Positions 18,448 through 27,536 of a DNA stretch of 50,370 nt are shown here, piece after piece. Both the position numbers and the translations under genes were made by a program. A model generated the notes under the pieces. The model saw nothing but the letters and a program-made list of their open reading frames with translations, made no database searches and was not told where the DNA came from. The stretch's first letter is position 1, and the number at the start of each line of letters is the position of its first letter. This stretch comes from a virus (lineage: Duplodnaviria; Caudoviricetes), in IMG/VR virus record IMGVR_UViG_3300025096_000031, positions 1 to 50,370 of that record. The stretch is one strand, 5' to 3'.

Positions 18448-18632
18448 CTGATCACCTCCCAGGTCGTCCCGTTCCATTCCTGGAACTCATAACCGCCCCA
18501 GGTTGTAGCATAGTGGACGGAGTTGCCTTGATGCTGCAGCAGCCAGGCAAAGCACTCCCAATAAGTACCCGTGCAAACCTCGGCCGTGACCGTCACGCCC
18601 TGGGCTTGTGTATCTTGTAGGACTCTAAACAT
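18444..18632 (-). CDS. First gene of the leftward operon, 62 aa (MFRVLQDTQ...)
   Basis: AAGAGGTG RBS before ATG 18632; the track's upstream extension runs through a repeat island. Confidence 0.65.
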   Translation of the reverse strand: MFRVLQDTQAQGVTVTAEVCTGTYWECFAWLLQHQGNSVHYATTWGGYEFQEWNGTTWEVIR

Positions 18633-18778
18633 ATAAACACCTCTTTTATTTGTTAGTGTATTAAAGCGCCTCACGCCAGGACACCAGGAACCAGGCCACC
18701 GACGGCGGACAGGTTGCCCCTGGGCTGATTGTATAGAAAATAAAGCGGCACTATTCACGCCAGGAATATACAACCGCC

Positions 18779-18837
18779 CCCAACCATACGCCAAACCCTT
18801 TCGCAAACCCTTCCGCCAACCATTGGCGCAACCGTTC
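18779..18837. repeat. Five imperfect repeats with exact 12-bp period, core AACCNTT
   Basis: AACC at 18782, 18794, 18806, 18818 and 18830. Confidence 0.75.
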
Positions 18838-19159
18838 CAGGCCCTGGGATCTGCCAGGGCTGCGGCCAGGTCTAACGGATCCAGGTTAACCAGGCGCCAG
18901 GATCTGATCAGGTGCAACCAGGCGCCAGGGATCAGGACGGCGGCCCCGTACGCACGGGCGCACGGTCCTTATTTATGCGGCCCCCGATCAGCCAGGCGGC
19001 CAGGTCAACGCAGGATCAGCGCCGAAGTCAACCAAAAAAAAAATATCGGATCGGGCGAAGGTGGGGGTGGCTGCTATATAATGCACTTGCCGCACATTTT
19101 TTAAACAGTTTTTATAGAGGGTGGTAACAGTTAAATAATATATCCAGGTGGGTTACGGG

Positions 19160-19178
19160 AACCGTTTACTAAACGGTT
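19160..19178. promoter_or_regulatory. Perfect 9-bp inverted repeat AACCGTTTA-C-TAAACGGTT (operator-like)
   Basis: Direct reading; lies between the divergent early and late modules. Confidence 0.55.
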
Positions 19179-19294
19179 GTGTTAATGGTACACTATATAG
19201 ATATGGTTATAGTTATGGTTATAGTTATAGTTATTTTAAGAGGAGAATTTTTTTTAATTTTGCAGAATTGTACTTTTGCATATTATCTTACTAT

Positions 19295-20047
19295 ATGCAA
19301 ATACGCTGCAGAAACCGAACATTTGATATCTACGATAAGGCTGCTGCCGAGAGAAAAGGCATTAAAATTGCTAAAAATTGGCGCCAGGCAACCAAAGATG
19401 ATTGGATTTCAACTGCAGATGGTAAGGTCCTACAGGTATTAGGCAGGACCAAACTAAATACAAAGACGAAGAAACCCATCTTCGCTATCAGGACGGGATT
19501 TGGCAAGACGCCGACCTACAAGCATAACATATATGCTGCTAAATGTCCTGACTATCAATGGGATGTTTTTTTAAAGGGTAAATTAACACGGGCCGTCAAG
19601 ACTACGGTCCTTCAACAGGCATTTTTAGAGTACCTGGTAGAGAATTGTCAGCCCGATATGAAGGGAATGTGGATCGCATCAGATCTAATTCAAGCCTATA
19701 TGGCGGTCTACCAGGACAACAACCCTACGAATTCCTTAAGAAGGGCCTTATGGATCCTGAAGAAGGATTCAGCAAAGGAGTTTATGAGTATGAAGATGAA
19801 AGACAAACTGATCGAAAAGGGTTTGGACGATGATTATGTAGCAGACAGGTTAAAGGGATTTATTGAAGATAAGAACGCACCCCATTCTGTTCGTCTACAG
19901 GCATTAAACAAGGCATCTGATCTTCTTGGGCATAATGTTAAAGTCAAAAAAGAACAGGTCCAGGAATCTGTTATGATCCTTTCGGATGATGACAAAAAGA
20001 AATTAAGAAAAGAACAGGATACTTTTGCTAACCAATTAAAAAATTAA
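19295..20047 (+). CDS. terS: Putative terminase small subunit
   Basis: First gene of the late module. C-terminal helical DDDYVADRLK...SVRLQALNKASDLLG pattern. Start moved to ATG 19295 because the track N-terminus is a translated TAT(A/G)GT repeat. Confidence 0.55.
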   Translation: MQIRCRNRTFDIYDKAAAERKGIKIAKNWRQATKDDWISTADGKVLQVLGRTKLNTKTKKPIFAIRTGFGKTPTYKHNIYAAKCPDYQWDVFLKGKLTRAVKTTVLQQAFLEYLVENCQPDMKGMWIASDLIQAYMAVYQDNNPTNSLRRALWILKKDSAKEFMSMKMKDKLIEKGLDDDYVADRLKGFIEDKNAPHSVRLQALNKASDLLGHNVKVKKEQVQESVMILSDDDKKKLRKEQDTFANQLKN

Positions 20048-20060
20048 ATAGGAGTTCAAT

Positions 20061-20369
20061 ATGGCGTTCGATAGATACGATACAATAGCACTTGGCCAGG
20101 ATGGATCAGCCTTCCTGGATTCTGCTGCAACATTATTTATACCTGTTGCACCGTTAAGGGTTGTAGCAATAACCTGTCTCACGGATTGTACATTTACTGA
20201 TTTGGTGGCCGATGACAATACAAAATTTATCGGTACAGGCGGTGCAGGAAAGGGTGGTGATACATTTGCTGCTGCTGATGTTATACCTGCAGGGGTTACC
20301 ATTTACGGTAGTTGGGTTCAGGTAGGTGTCGGTGTCAATGGCGAAAAATGCATATGCTATGTAGGCTGA
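20061..20369 (+). CDS. Small putative virion (head decoration-like) protein
   Basis: AGGAG RBS; IPAGVTIYG..W beta-rich pattern. Confidence 0.55.
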   Translation: MAFDRYDTIALGQDGSAFLDSAATLFIPVAPLRVVAITCLTDCTFTDLVADDNTKFIGTGGAGKGGDTFAAADVIPAGVTIYGSWVQVGVGVNGEKCICYVG

Positions 20370-20372
20370 TAT

Positions 20373-21446
20373 ATGTCTAATCTCGGATTAGGATTAGGAT
20401 TAGGAAAATCAAGTGGAGGAATTACCCCGTTCGTACCTTCCCACCAATTATTTAATACCCAGACAGGCGCAGATTTTAATAGTGATAACGGAGCAGAAAC
20501 CTTTAAGGTAGTAGTACCGCCTCCTGCAGGTGTCCCTTTCACATTAGGGGACCACGAGGCAGGTCAATCTATACAACAACAAGTAAATATAAAATCAGGA
20601 ACCCCAATGGGTAATGATCTTATTTCTTTAGGGTATAACACACAGAATTCTGGTTTTTTATTTTCTGCAACAGGTGATCTTTTAACTTGTCACAAGAGAT
20701 CTGCTGATAATTTCATTGGGATGATAGCCTGGGGATTATCAAGTCCCTGGAATATAGACCTGGGATATTCTGGTCCCACAGAAGAATTGGTTATTTCAAC
20801 TGCAGCATTTGGTGCAGGTTATTCTCACGATAAAATGAATTGGGATGATAATGGGAACATCGTTCATCTGTTTGTTGATTATAATAGCCAACCTTACAAT
20901 TGGTTGGGATTTGATTTAACGACACCATACCAGATAACAGGTGAAGGTACAAAGGTAGCAGCAGATAGATCAAACAATACTGTTAGCGGCAATAACGAAG
21001 GTAGAGGATTCAGTTTTGGCACTAATTCATTCTTTCTTTGTAACGGAAATAGTTTACAAAATATACAGAAATGGGACCTTAATGCAGGTGGATTTCCCGA
21101 TACACTACAACAATCAGTTATACCCGTTCCAGATCAACCGCCAGGTATGGGCAATACCAGGGGCGGTGTCTTTGTATTTGATAGTGGAAATGGCCTTATG
21201 GTTGTAGGCGACAACGGAAATGTTGGTGGTATTTACTATGGCATAAGAAGATACTCAATGTCCACACCATATGATCTTACCACAATGGTAATGGAAGAAT
21301 GGATAGATTTTCAGGCATCAGGAACAGGGTATACAAACGGCCAGGGTGATCCTGAAACTTTTATCTGGAAACCCGACGGAACAAAATATTGGTGGGGTGG
21401 AAGTAACAATTCGGGTGGACAACAAATCTCCCAAGTGTTAGTATAA
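20373..21446 (+). CDS. Putative virion protein with LGLGLGLG N-terminus and beta-propeller-like repeats
   Basis: Recurrent motifs LSSPWNI, LTTPYQI, MSTPYDL and FIWKPDGTK. Confidence 0.6.
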   Translation: MSNLGLGLGLGKSSGGITPFVPSHQLFNTQTGADFNSDNGAETFKVVVPPPAGVPFTLGDHEAGQSIQQQVNIKSGTPMGNDLISLGYNTQNSGFLFSATGDLLTCHKRSADNFIGMIAWGLSSPWNIDLGYSGPTEELVISTAAFGAGYSHDKMNWDDNGNIVHLFVDYNSQPYNWLGFDLTTPYQITGEGTKVAADRSNNTVSGNNEGRGFSFGTNSFFLCNGNSLQNIQKWDLNAGGFPDTLQQSVIPVPDQPPGMGNTRGGVFVFDSGNGLMVVGDNGNVGGIYYGIRRYSMSTPYDLTTMVMEEWIDFQASGTGYTNGQGDPETFIWKPDGTKYWWGGSNNSGGQQISQVLV

Positions 21447-21467
21447 ATTAAAAAATGAGGAATAGAT

Positions 21468-22205
21468 ATGGCAGTATATAATAGTGTTCTAACAGGGTTG
21501 GAAATAGACTCGTCTGGCGCTGCTATCAAAAATGCAGTATCTGGATTTACAGGTTCGGGCGCAGCACAAACGGCAGATGACCTTTCTATCGATAATTTAA
21601 AATTAGACGGAAATACTCTTTCAGCAACGAATGCAGGTGGAGATGTTAACCTTACTCCTAACGGTGTAGGAAAAGTAAGAACAGATAATATGTCCCTTGA
21701 TGGGAATACAATCTCAACAGATAATTCTAATGGTGATCTTATTCTTGCTCCAAATGGGACAGGTATAGTTATGGGAGTTCCTATAGCCTTTTGTCATAAT
21801 TATAAAGATGACGCAGGAACAACCGAAAATTATCTACCCTGGACAGATGGGACAGAATCGGCATCGGCAGGTGATAGAAAAGCATTCCTGGCTCCGTTTG
21901 ATATGGTCCTAAATAAACTTATTTGGCGTATGGGATCCGCAAATGCCTGTACTATGACGATTAAGGTTGAGGCGGTTGATGATGGGGATCCATTTACTGC
22001 AGGTAATACTGCTACCATAGCAACGGCAACCCAGATCCACGATGGTACGGACCACAAAGTCTATTCATCATTAGAGGCAAATTTCAATGTACAACCTATA
22101 GTACCTGCAGGGAAATTAGCGGTTATGACATTTCAGGCTGATGTGGATGCTAATGCTGCCGATGGAGATTATTTTATTTCATCAGTATGGACACTACAAC
22201 CTTAA
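21468..22205 (+). CDS. Short fibre-like virion protein
   Basis: Two copies of DN..LDGNT.S.....GD..L.PNG.G. Confidence 0.6.
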   Translation: MAVYNSVLTGLEIDSSGAAIKNAVSGFTGSGAAQTADDLSIDNLKLDGNTLSATNAGGDVNLTPNGVGKVRTDNMSLDGNTISTDNSNGDLILAPNGTGIVMGVPIAFCHNYKDDAGTTENYLPWTDGTESASAGDRKAFLAPFDMVLNKLIWRMGSANACTMTIKVEAVDDGDPFTAGNTATIATATQIHDGTDHKVYSSLEANFNVQPIVPAGKLAVMTFQADVDANAADGDYFISSVWTLQP

Positions 22206-22302
22206 ACTAATGGGGAACATAAATAAAAAATGAAGGCTTGTGAGGATAAAAAAGCAGGAGTTTTGGTTGGCGAACTAAAGATGTTCCCCAGAAAAATTAA
22301 CA

Positions 22303-22641
22303 ATGAATAATATGAATACAATTGCTGCATTATTACTTGGGCTAATTACAATGGTAGGATCTGCATTCACTATTGATAGCCGCTATGCAAAGGTTACAGA
22401 TGTTAGTGACCTTAAATATGAGATCTATATGGTGGACCAGAGGCTGCACCTTAAAATCTCATCAGACAGAGCCACATATCTCCAGGAACGGATATGGAAG
22501 TATACGGACCGCTATGAAGGCAAAGAGATCCCTGATACGGTTAAGGAGATGATTCGTGATATGCAAAAGGAATATGATGGCATTATGGAAGATATTAAAA
22601 AACAATCAATAGATCCTAAAGCCCCAGGAGAAAAAGCGTAA
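22303..22641 (+). CDS. N-terminal TM plus coiled-coil protein (possible lysis accessory)
   Basis: Hydrophobic IAALLLGLITMVGSAF followed by a charged helix. Confidence 0.55.
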   Translation: MNNMNTIAALLLGLITMVGSAFTIDSRYAKVTDVSDLKYEIYMVDQRLHLKISSDRATYLQERIWKYTDRYEGKEIPDTVKEMIRDMQKEYDGIMEDIKKQSIDPKAPGEKA

Positions 22642-22793
22642 TGGACACAGTTAAAACTTTATCAGCAGGAGTCGGCGGAGTATCGATCTGGTGGATAGAT
22701 CTTATTCACCCAATGGTTCAATTAGCAGTATCCCTGGCTACGCTTGTTTATATCATAGTTAAAATAAAAAATGAAATCAGTAAGGAGAAATAA
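22641..22793 (+). CDS. 50-aa holin-like membrane peptide (not in track)
   Basis: MDTVKTLSAGVGGVSIWWIDLIHPMVQLAVSLATLVYIIVKIKNEISKEK; TAATG overlap; hydrophobic core with basic tail. Confidence 0.6.
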   Translation: MDTVKTLSAGVGGVSIWWIDLIHPMVQLAVSLATLVYIIVKIKNEISKEK

Positions 22794-22795
22794 TA

Positions 22796-23263
22796 ATGGC
22801 AAATAATTGTATTATATCTGTGTCGTTAGAACCACAGATTGAAACTGAAGAAACTATCGATGGTGTCGTTTATTCCTATCTGGGAATAGAAGGAAATGTT
22901 GGCGTGAACGGTGGTAAAAGATCTACCGACTTTGCAGATTCTATGTCCGTTAAATATGTTGGGATCGTAGAAGACGCAGTTGCAGCACTACCTGCTACGG
23001 CACTCCTGGCAGGGTTCACTACGGATGGGACCATACCAACAACATCGTTTGAGGCATTCTATGTAAAATTGGATAGCCTGGTTGGATCCCCAACAGTTTC
23101 CGTACAAATTGGATCAAAAGTACACGCCGTTCTTTCTGCGGTTGGTGATGCGGTTTGTATCCCCTGCAGCGCAGAGGCTATAGCAAACGCTAAAATTAAA
23201 GCATCGGCTTATTCTTTAGATGCTACAGAAGCAGGAGTAACCTGTGTCATAATTGGTAACTAA
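22796..23263 (+). CDS. Putative virion structural protein
   Basis: AAGGAG RBS; Ala/Val/Thr-rich beta-type sequence. Confidence 0.55.
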   Translation: MANNCIISVSLEPQIETEETIDGVVYSYLGIEGNVGVNGGKRSTDFADSMSVKYVGIVEDAVAALPATALLAGFTTDGTIPTTSFEAFYVKLDSLVGSPTVSVQIGSKVHAVLSAVGDAVCIPCSAEAIANAKIKASAYSLDATEAGVTCVIIGN

Positions 23264-24889
23264 ATGAACCTATCTGCATCACAAAAGCAGAATTTTCTGC
23301 GTAAGATGTATATAGATCCATTTTTTTTCGCTGAAACATTGTTTGGCGACAATGGTGATCCTATGCACCATCATATACGATGTAAATCACCAGATTTTCA
23401 CAAAAAAATCGTGAAAAAACTTCTATCTATGGATCCTGGGGACAAATTAGCCGTTGTTGCGCCCAGGGGACACGCAAAAACCACACTATGCTCACTAATT
23501 TATCCGTTACATCGGATTTTATTCGGTGAAGAACACTTTGTTCTGCTTATTTCGGAGTCTGAAACCCAATCGAAGTATTTACTCGAAACAATAGGCGACG
23601 AAATAGAGTATAATCCCGTATTGAAGTATTTTTTCGGTAACAGAATGGGTAGTATATGGGGAAAAGAGGAAAAACAGGTCATTGGTGGCTTTGATGAACA
23701 CGGAAATCCGACAAATAAGTGTAAAATACTGATCCGTGGTACAGGCCAGAAGGTCCGTGGCCTGAAATATGGCGCATATCGTCCAACATTGACAATTATT
23801 GACGATGGCGAAGGCGAGGCTAACACAGTTACCGAACTACAAAGAGATAAGTTTAGAAGGTGGCTAAATGGTGCCGTTATCCCTGGTAGCGCAGACGCGA
23901 AATTGATTTTTGTAGGAACCATAATAGATGACGATTCTTATCTCAATAGAATAGCAGGAGCCAGGTCTTGGGACCGTGACGGAAAACACAAAGTAAAGGG
24001 TTGGGATACAATGTTCTTTCAATCTGTTACGCAGAATACAGAACCTGGTAAATTTGCATCATCAGGAATGGAGATCCTTGATAAAAAAGGAGTCCCAGAA
24101 GTTTTATGGAAAGAACATAGAACTTACGCCTGGTTAATGGCAGAAAAGGATAGATTGGTGTCAGAAGGAGATGCATCGTATTTTTTCCAGGAATACCAGA
24201 ACATACCAATGGATGACTCCTTTCGTGTGTTTAAAAAAGAGCATATTCAATATTATACGGGAATGTACCTGGAGCAGGACGGATACCAATTTTTAATGAA
24301 AACGACGGGCGGAATGAAAAATCAGATACCAATCAATGTGTTTATGGGTATAGATCCTGCATCGTCCGAAAATGTTAAGGCGGACTATTCCGTTATAATG
24401 GTTATAGGCGTTGATGAAGAATTTAATATTTATGTCCTGGATATGTTTAGAGGTCAAATTGCCCCATTCGATTGTGGGGAAAAGATATTTGAATATGCCG
24501 ATATGTATAAGCCTAAATTGGTTAACATAGAAGAAACAGGCCATTTTATGTTGAGGGACTATGTGCAGAAGGTTTCTAAAGAAACAGGTAGATTTCTTAA
24601 TATAATGCCAAAAAAAGCGATTAAGGCTAAATATTTCAGGATAAAAGAAATGCAGCCTTATTTCGCAAGTAAAGCGGTTTTTATGAAAGACTCTCATTTT
24701 GAATTAGAACAGGAGTTGTTGGCCTTCAAGGAACACGGGACCTTCAAAAAAGATACATTGGATGCTTTGCGTTGGTCTATGGACGATATGTATAAACCAT
24801 CTGTGTCAATGAACAAGAAGGGTGAGTGGGTGATCCCAGGCCTTACTGTTGGATGTGATTGGGAAACAGGACAAATGATCTACAATTAA
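23264..24889 (+). CDS. terL: Terminase large subunit
   Basis: Walker A APRGHAKTT, QKVRG, Walker B LTIIDDGE, FVGT, FFQEYQN, nuclease GIDPA...DYS, DTLDAL. Confidence 0.95.
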   Translation: MNLSASQKQNFLRKMYIDPFFFAETLFGDNGDPMHHHIRCKSPDFHKKIVKKLLSMDPGDKLAVVAPRGHAKTTLCSLIYPLHRILFGEEHFVLLISESETQSKYLLETIGDEIEYNPVLKYFFGNRMGSIWGKEEKQVIGGFDEHGNPTNKCKILIRGTGQKVRGLKYGAYRPTLTIIDDGEGEANTVTELQRDKFRRWLNGAVIPGSADAKLIFVGTIIDDDSYLNRIAGARSWDRDGKHKVKGWDTMFFQSVTQNTEPGKFASSGMEILDKKGVPEVLWKEHRTYAWLMAEKDRLVSEGDASYFFQEYQNIPMDDSFRVFKKEHIQYYTGMYLEQDGYQFLMKTTGGMKNQIPINVFMGIDPASSENVKADYSVIMVIGVDEEFNIYVLDMFRGQIAPFDCGEKIFEYADMYKPKLVNIEETGHFMLRDYVQKVSKETGRFLNIMPKKAIKAKYFRIKEMQPYFASKAVFMKDSHFELEQELLAFKEHGTFKKDTLDALRWSMDDMYKPSVSMNKKGEWVIPGLTVGCDWETGQMIYN

Positions 24890-24910
24890 CTATGATAAAC
24901 AATAAAAGAT

Positions 24911-25309
24911 TTGGATACTTTACAATTAGAAAGTTTAGCACAGGAATTGATTGGAGGCTATACCTGGATGTTTGTTGCCGCATTCTTCCTGGTATTGTTT
25001 CGTTCAACAGTAGAAGGCTTAACGCAATCGTTCAAAGTCTTCTTTGGCAAAGGGCTTAATACAGATGATATTATATTCATATGGATTGAGGGAAAAAAGT
25101 ATGCCGCAAGGATAATAAGACTTGGAATGTTTAAGTCCACTTTCACGGTATATGATGTGAGTAGAACATCAGACGGAAAGGCTTACATATCAGGTGGAGA
25201 AAAATTGGAAATACAGAACGATAAGATAAAAGATTTCGTAATAACCAAACCGCTAACAAAGGTGGACCTTGAGTCCTGGGAAAACGGTTTCAGCGATGGA
25301 GATCACTAA
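24911..25309 (+). CDS. Membrane protein resembling an MscS TM-plus-beta-domain fragment
   Basis: TM (WMFVAAFFLVLF) followed by DDIIFI..EG...ARIIRLGMFKSTF; TTG start. Confidence 0.5.
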   Translation: MDTLQLESLAQELIGGYTWMFVAAFFLVLFRSTVEGLTQSFKVFFGKGLNTDDIIFIWIEGKKYAARIIRLGMFKSTFTVYDVSRTSDGKAYISGGEKLEIQNDKIKDFVITKPLTKVDLESWENGFSDGDH

Positions 25310-25503
25310 TGGCAAAAGCAAAGAAAAAAGCACCAAAGAAAAAAGCAGCAAAGAAGGAAAAGTCCTGGATAGAACAAACCTGCCCTGCAAGTTTGTCACC
25401 AATTGGATGGGCAGAAAATATTGTTGCTAATCCAAAAAACTTCGAAAATGGCAATGGTCCAGAAATCAAATACGCCGAGGATTACATTAAAGCAAATAAA
25501 TAA
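25309..25503 (+). CDS. Small protein with Lys/Ala-rich N-terminal tail
   Basis: MAKAKKKAPKKKAAKKEK; TAATG overlaps on both sides. Confidence 0.7.
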   Translation: MAKAKKKAPKKKAAKKEKSWIEQTCPASLSPIGWAENIVANPKNFENGNGPEIKYAEDYIKANK

Positions 25504-27536
25504 TGAAAGTCGATAAATTAAATCTGCCTGATATCGATGCTGAAGATGTGCGTAGCGCATATATTATGTGTGAGAGTATGTCTTCCACATATCGATACCA
25601 GATGGCTGAAGATGAAGAATTTTATCTTGGCCAACAGTTAACTATACCGCAAAAGGAATACCTTATGTCTGTGGGGCAACCCCCAGAGGCAAATAATAAG
25701 ATCCGTCCTGCGGTTGAAACGGTCCTGGCTAATATATCAGCGTCTAACCCTGAATGGGATTGTGATCCTATGCAGAAAGGTGATGAGGAATTTGCATATA
25801 TATGTAATGCTATGCTTGATCGTATATGGGAAGATTCAGATGGTAGTGTACAATATCGACAGATCTGTAAGGATTATATTGTAAAGGGATTAGGATATTT
25901 ATTTGTTTATCCTGATTGGAATGCCGATGAAGGTTTAGGTGGAATGCGTCTTAAAAGGCTGCCGCCAGAATCAATTTTTGTTGATGCAAACAGTATGCTG
26001 CCAGACTTCAGCGATGCATCGTATATCATTTATTCAGATATACATACAAAGGAAAACCTGAAGGTTACATTCCCCAGGTTTAAGGACCTGATAGATGAGG
26101 CATCGTCGGACCATACTTTAAACGAAATATCTTCTGGTAAGTATGATCGGGATGATACCTGGACCAGAGCAGATATCGGCGACAATTATATGGAGAAGGT
26201 TAGGAAGTATATCTATTGGACGAAAGTAAATGTCCCATTCGTTAGATTAACGGATCTCAATACAGGGCATACCCAAATCTATAATAGAGATCAATATCTA
26301 AACGAACTTCAAAAGGATAAAGAGTATCAAAAGTTGCTGAAAAATGAAGTTGTAGACGAAGAAATTATTTATCGTACTCAAATCAGAGAAGTATTCGTTA
26401 TAGGCGACAAATTAGCATACGACGAAGTGCTGCCAATAACTCGATTCCCTATTATTCCTGCTTGTAATGAGCATACGGGTACGCCGTATCCTGCAGGGGA
26501 TGTAAGACACGCTAAATCACCACAAAGGATGTTAAACAGGACAGAGGCGCTGCTTATCTCTCATACATCAGCAACAACAAATTTTAAACTTCTTTATGAA
26601 GATGGTGCAATGGATGCAGGGGAAGTAGCAAAGTGGCATATTCCTAATGCGCTTATTCGTGTTAATCCTGGTGCGTTAAGAGAACAAAAGATTAAAGAAT
26701 TCTCCCCACCTGCTATATCAGGTCAATTGTTCCAGGAGAAGTCCCGTTATGAAATGGATATTGAACAAGTGTTTGGTGCCTATAAATATATGCAAGGATC
26801 ATCCGCAGATGCCCCTGGGACCGTAGGTGAGGCGCAGATCATTGATGAGGCCGTGGCCAGAAAACAGAATTGGAAAGTATTACCTATATATGATGCATTA
26901 GTTAGGGCTGCAAAGATTATCCTGGAATGGACACCATTGGTCTATGATCAACAGAGAACAATTAGAATTATAAATCCTGATGGATCTAATCAGGAAATAA
27001 CGATGAATAAGCCCGTATGGGATGAGAAACAGGGCAGTATCATTAAGTTATTTGATATGGCATCAATTAAACTTGATGTTAGGGTGGTTATTGGTAGTAC
27101 CAGGGCCAAGTCACCACAGGCAAAATTACAAAAAGATTTAATGCTGCTACAGGCAGGTATATACGACAAAACACAGGTAATATTGAATATGCCTGGTGAT
27201 ATAGATAAAGCGTCGTTAATGGCAAGAGTCGGTGAGATTCAAAATCTCCAGGCCCAATTACAACAGTTATCAGAAGAGAATGAAAAACTGAAGGGCGATA
27301 TGCAGACCAGGGAACGGGAACTGTTCCATAGTAAGATGAGAGCAGAAGTATCCGAGGCCACAAAACCTGTAGCAAAAGCACAAGCAAAACTTCAATCACA
27401 AATGCAGTTAGAAGAGAGTCGGGCCAAAGACAATACGGCTATGGCCAAAACGGACCTGAAGAAGGTGGTTGACTCCGCTAACACTAATGCACAACCGATT
27501 AACTCAAACCCTAAAGCACCTGCCGTGGCAGGTTAA
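25503..27536 (+). CDS. Portal protein (P22-like with C-terminal helical barrel)
   Basis: FYLGQQ, NNKIRP.VE, GLGY, FPIIP, Q..LN motifs, C-terminal coiled coil; position after terL. Confidence 0.88.
   Translation: MKVDKLNLPDIDAEDVRSAYIMCESMSSTYRYQMAEDEEFYLGQQLTIPQKEYLMSVGQPPEANNKIRPAVETVLANISASNPEWDCDPMQKGDEEFAYICNAMLDRIWEDSDGSVQYRQICKDYIVKGLGYLFVYPDWNADEGLGGMRLKRLPPESIFVDANSMLPDFSDASYIIYSDIHTKENLKVTFPRFKDLIDEASSDHTLNEISSGKYDRDDTWTRADIGDNYMEKVRKYIYWTKVNVPFVRLTDLNTGHTQIYNRDQYLNELQKDKEYQKLLKNEVVDEEIIYRTQIREVFVIGDKLAYDEVLPITRFPIIPACNEHTGTPYPAGDVRHAKSPQRMLNRTEALLISHTSATTNFKLLYEDGAMDAGEVAKWHIPNALIRVNPGALREQKIKEFSPPAISGQLFQEKSRYEMDIEQVFGAYKYMQGSSADAPGTVGEAQIIDEAVARKQNWKVLPIYDALVRAAKIILEWTPLVYDQQRTIRIINPDGSNQEITMNKPVWDEKQGSIIKLFDMASIKLDVRVVIGSTRAKSPQAKLQKDLMLLQAGIYDKTQVILNMPGDIDKASLMARVGEIQNLQAQLQQLSEENEKLKGDMQTRERELFHSKMRAEVSEATKPVAKAQAKLQSQMQLEESRAKDNTAMAKTDLKKVVDSANTNAQPINSNPKAPAVAG

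Noticed and set aside
18633-19127. ORFs 18823-19104, 18912-19127 and the upstream extension of 18444-18917
   Set aside because: Arg/Gly/Pro-rich products of GC-rich repeats; a good RBS supports the start at 18632 instead
17138-19235. Possible CRISPR or mini-array
   Set aside because: Repeats are 6-12 bp and tandem, with no unique spacers and no cas genes
19148-19294. YGYSYGYSYSY N-terminus of TerS
   Set aside because: Translation of a hexamer DNA repeat; ATG 19295 is the more plausible start
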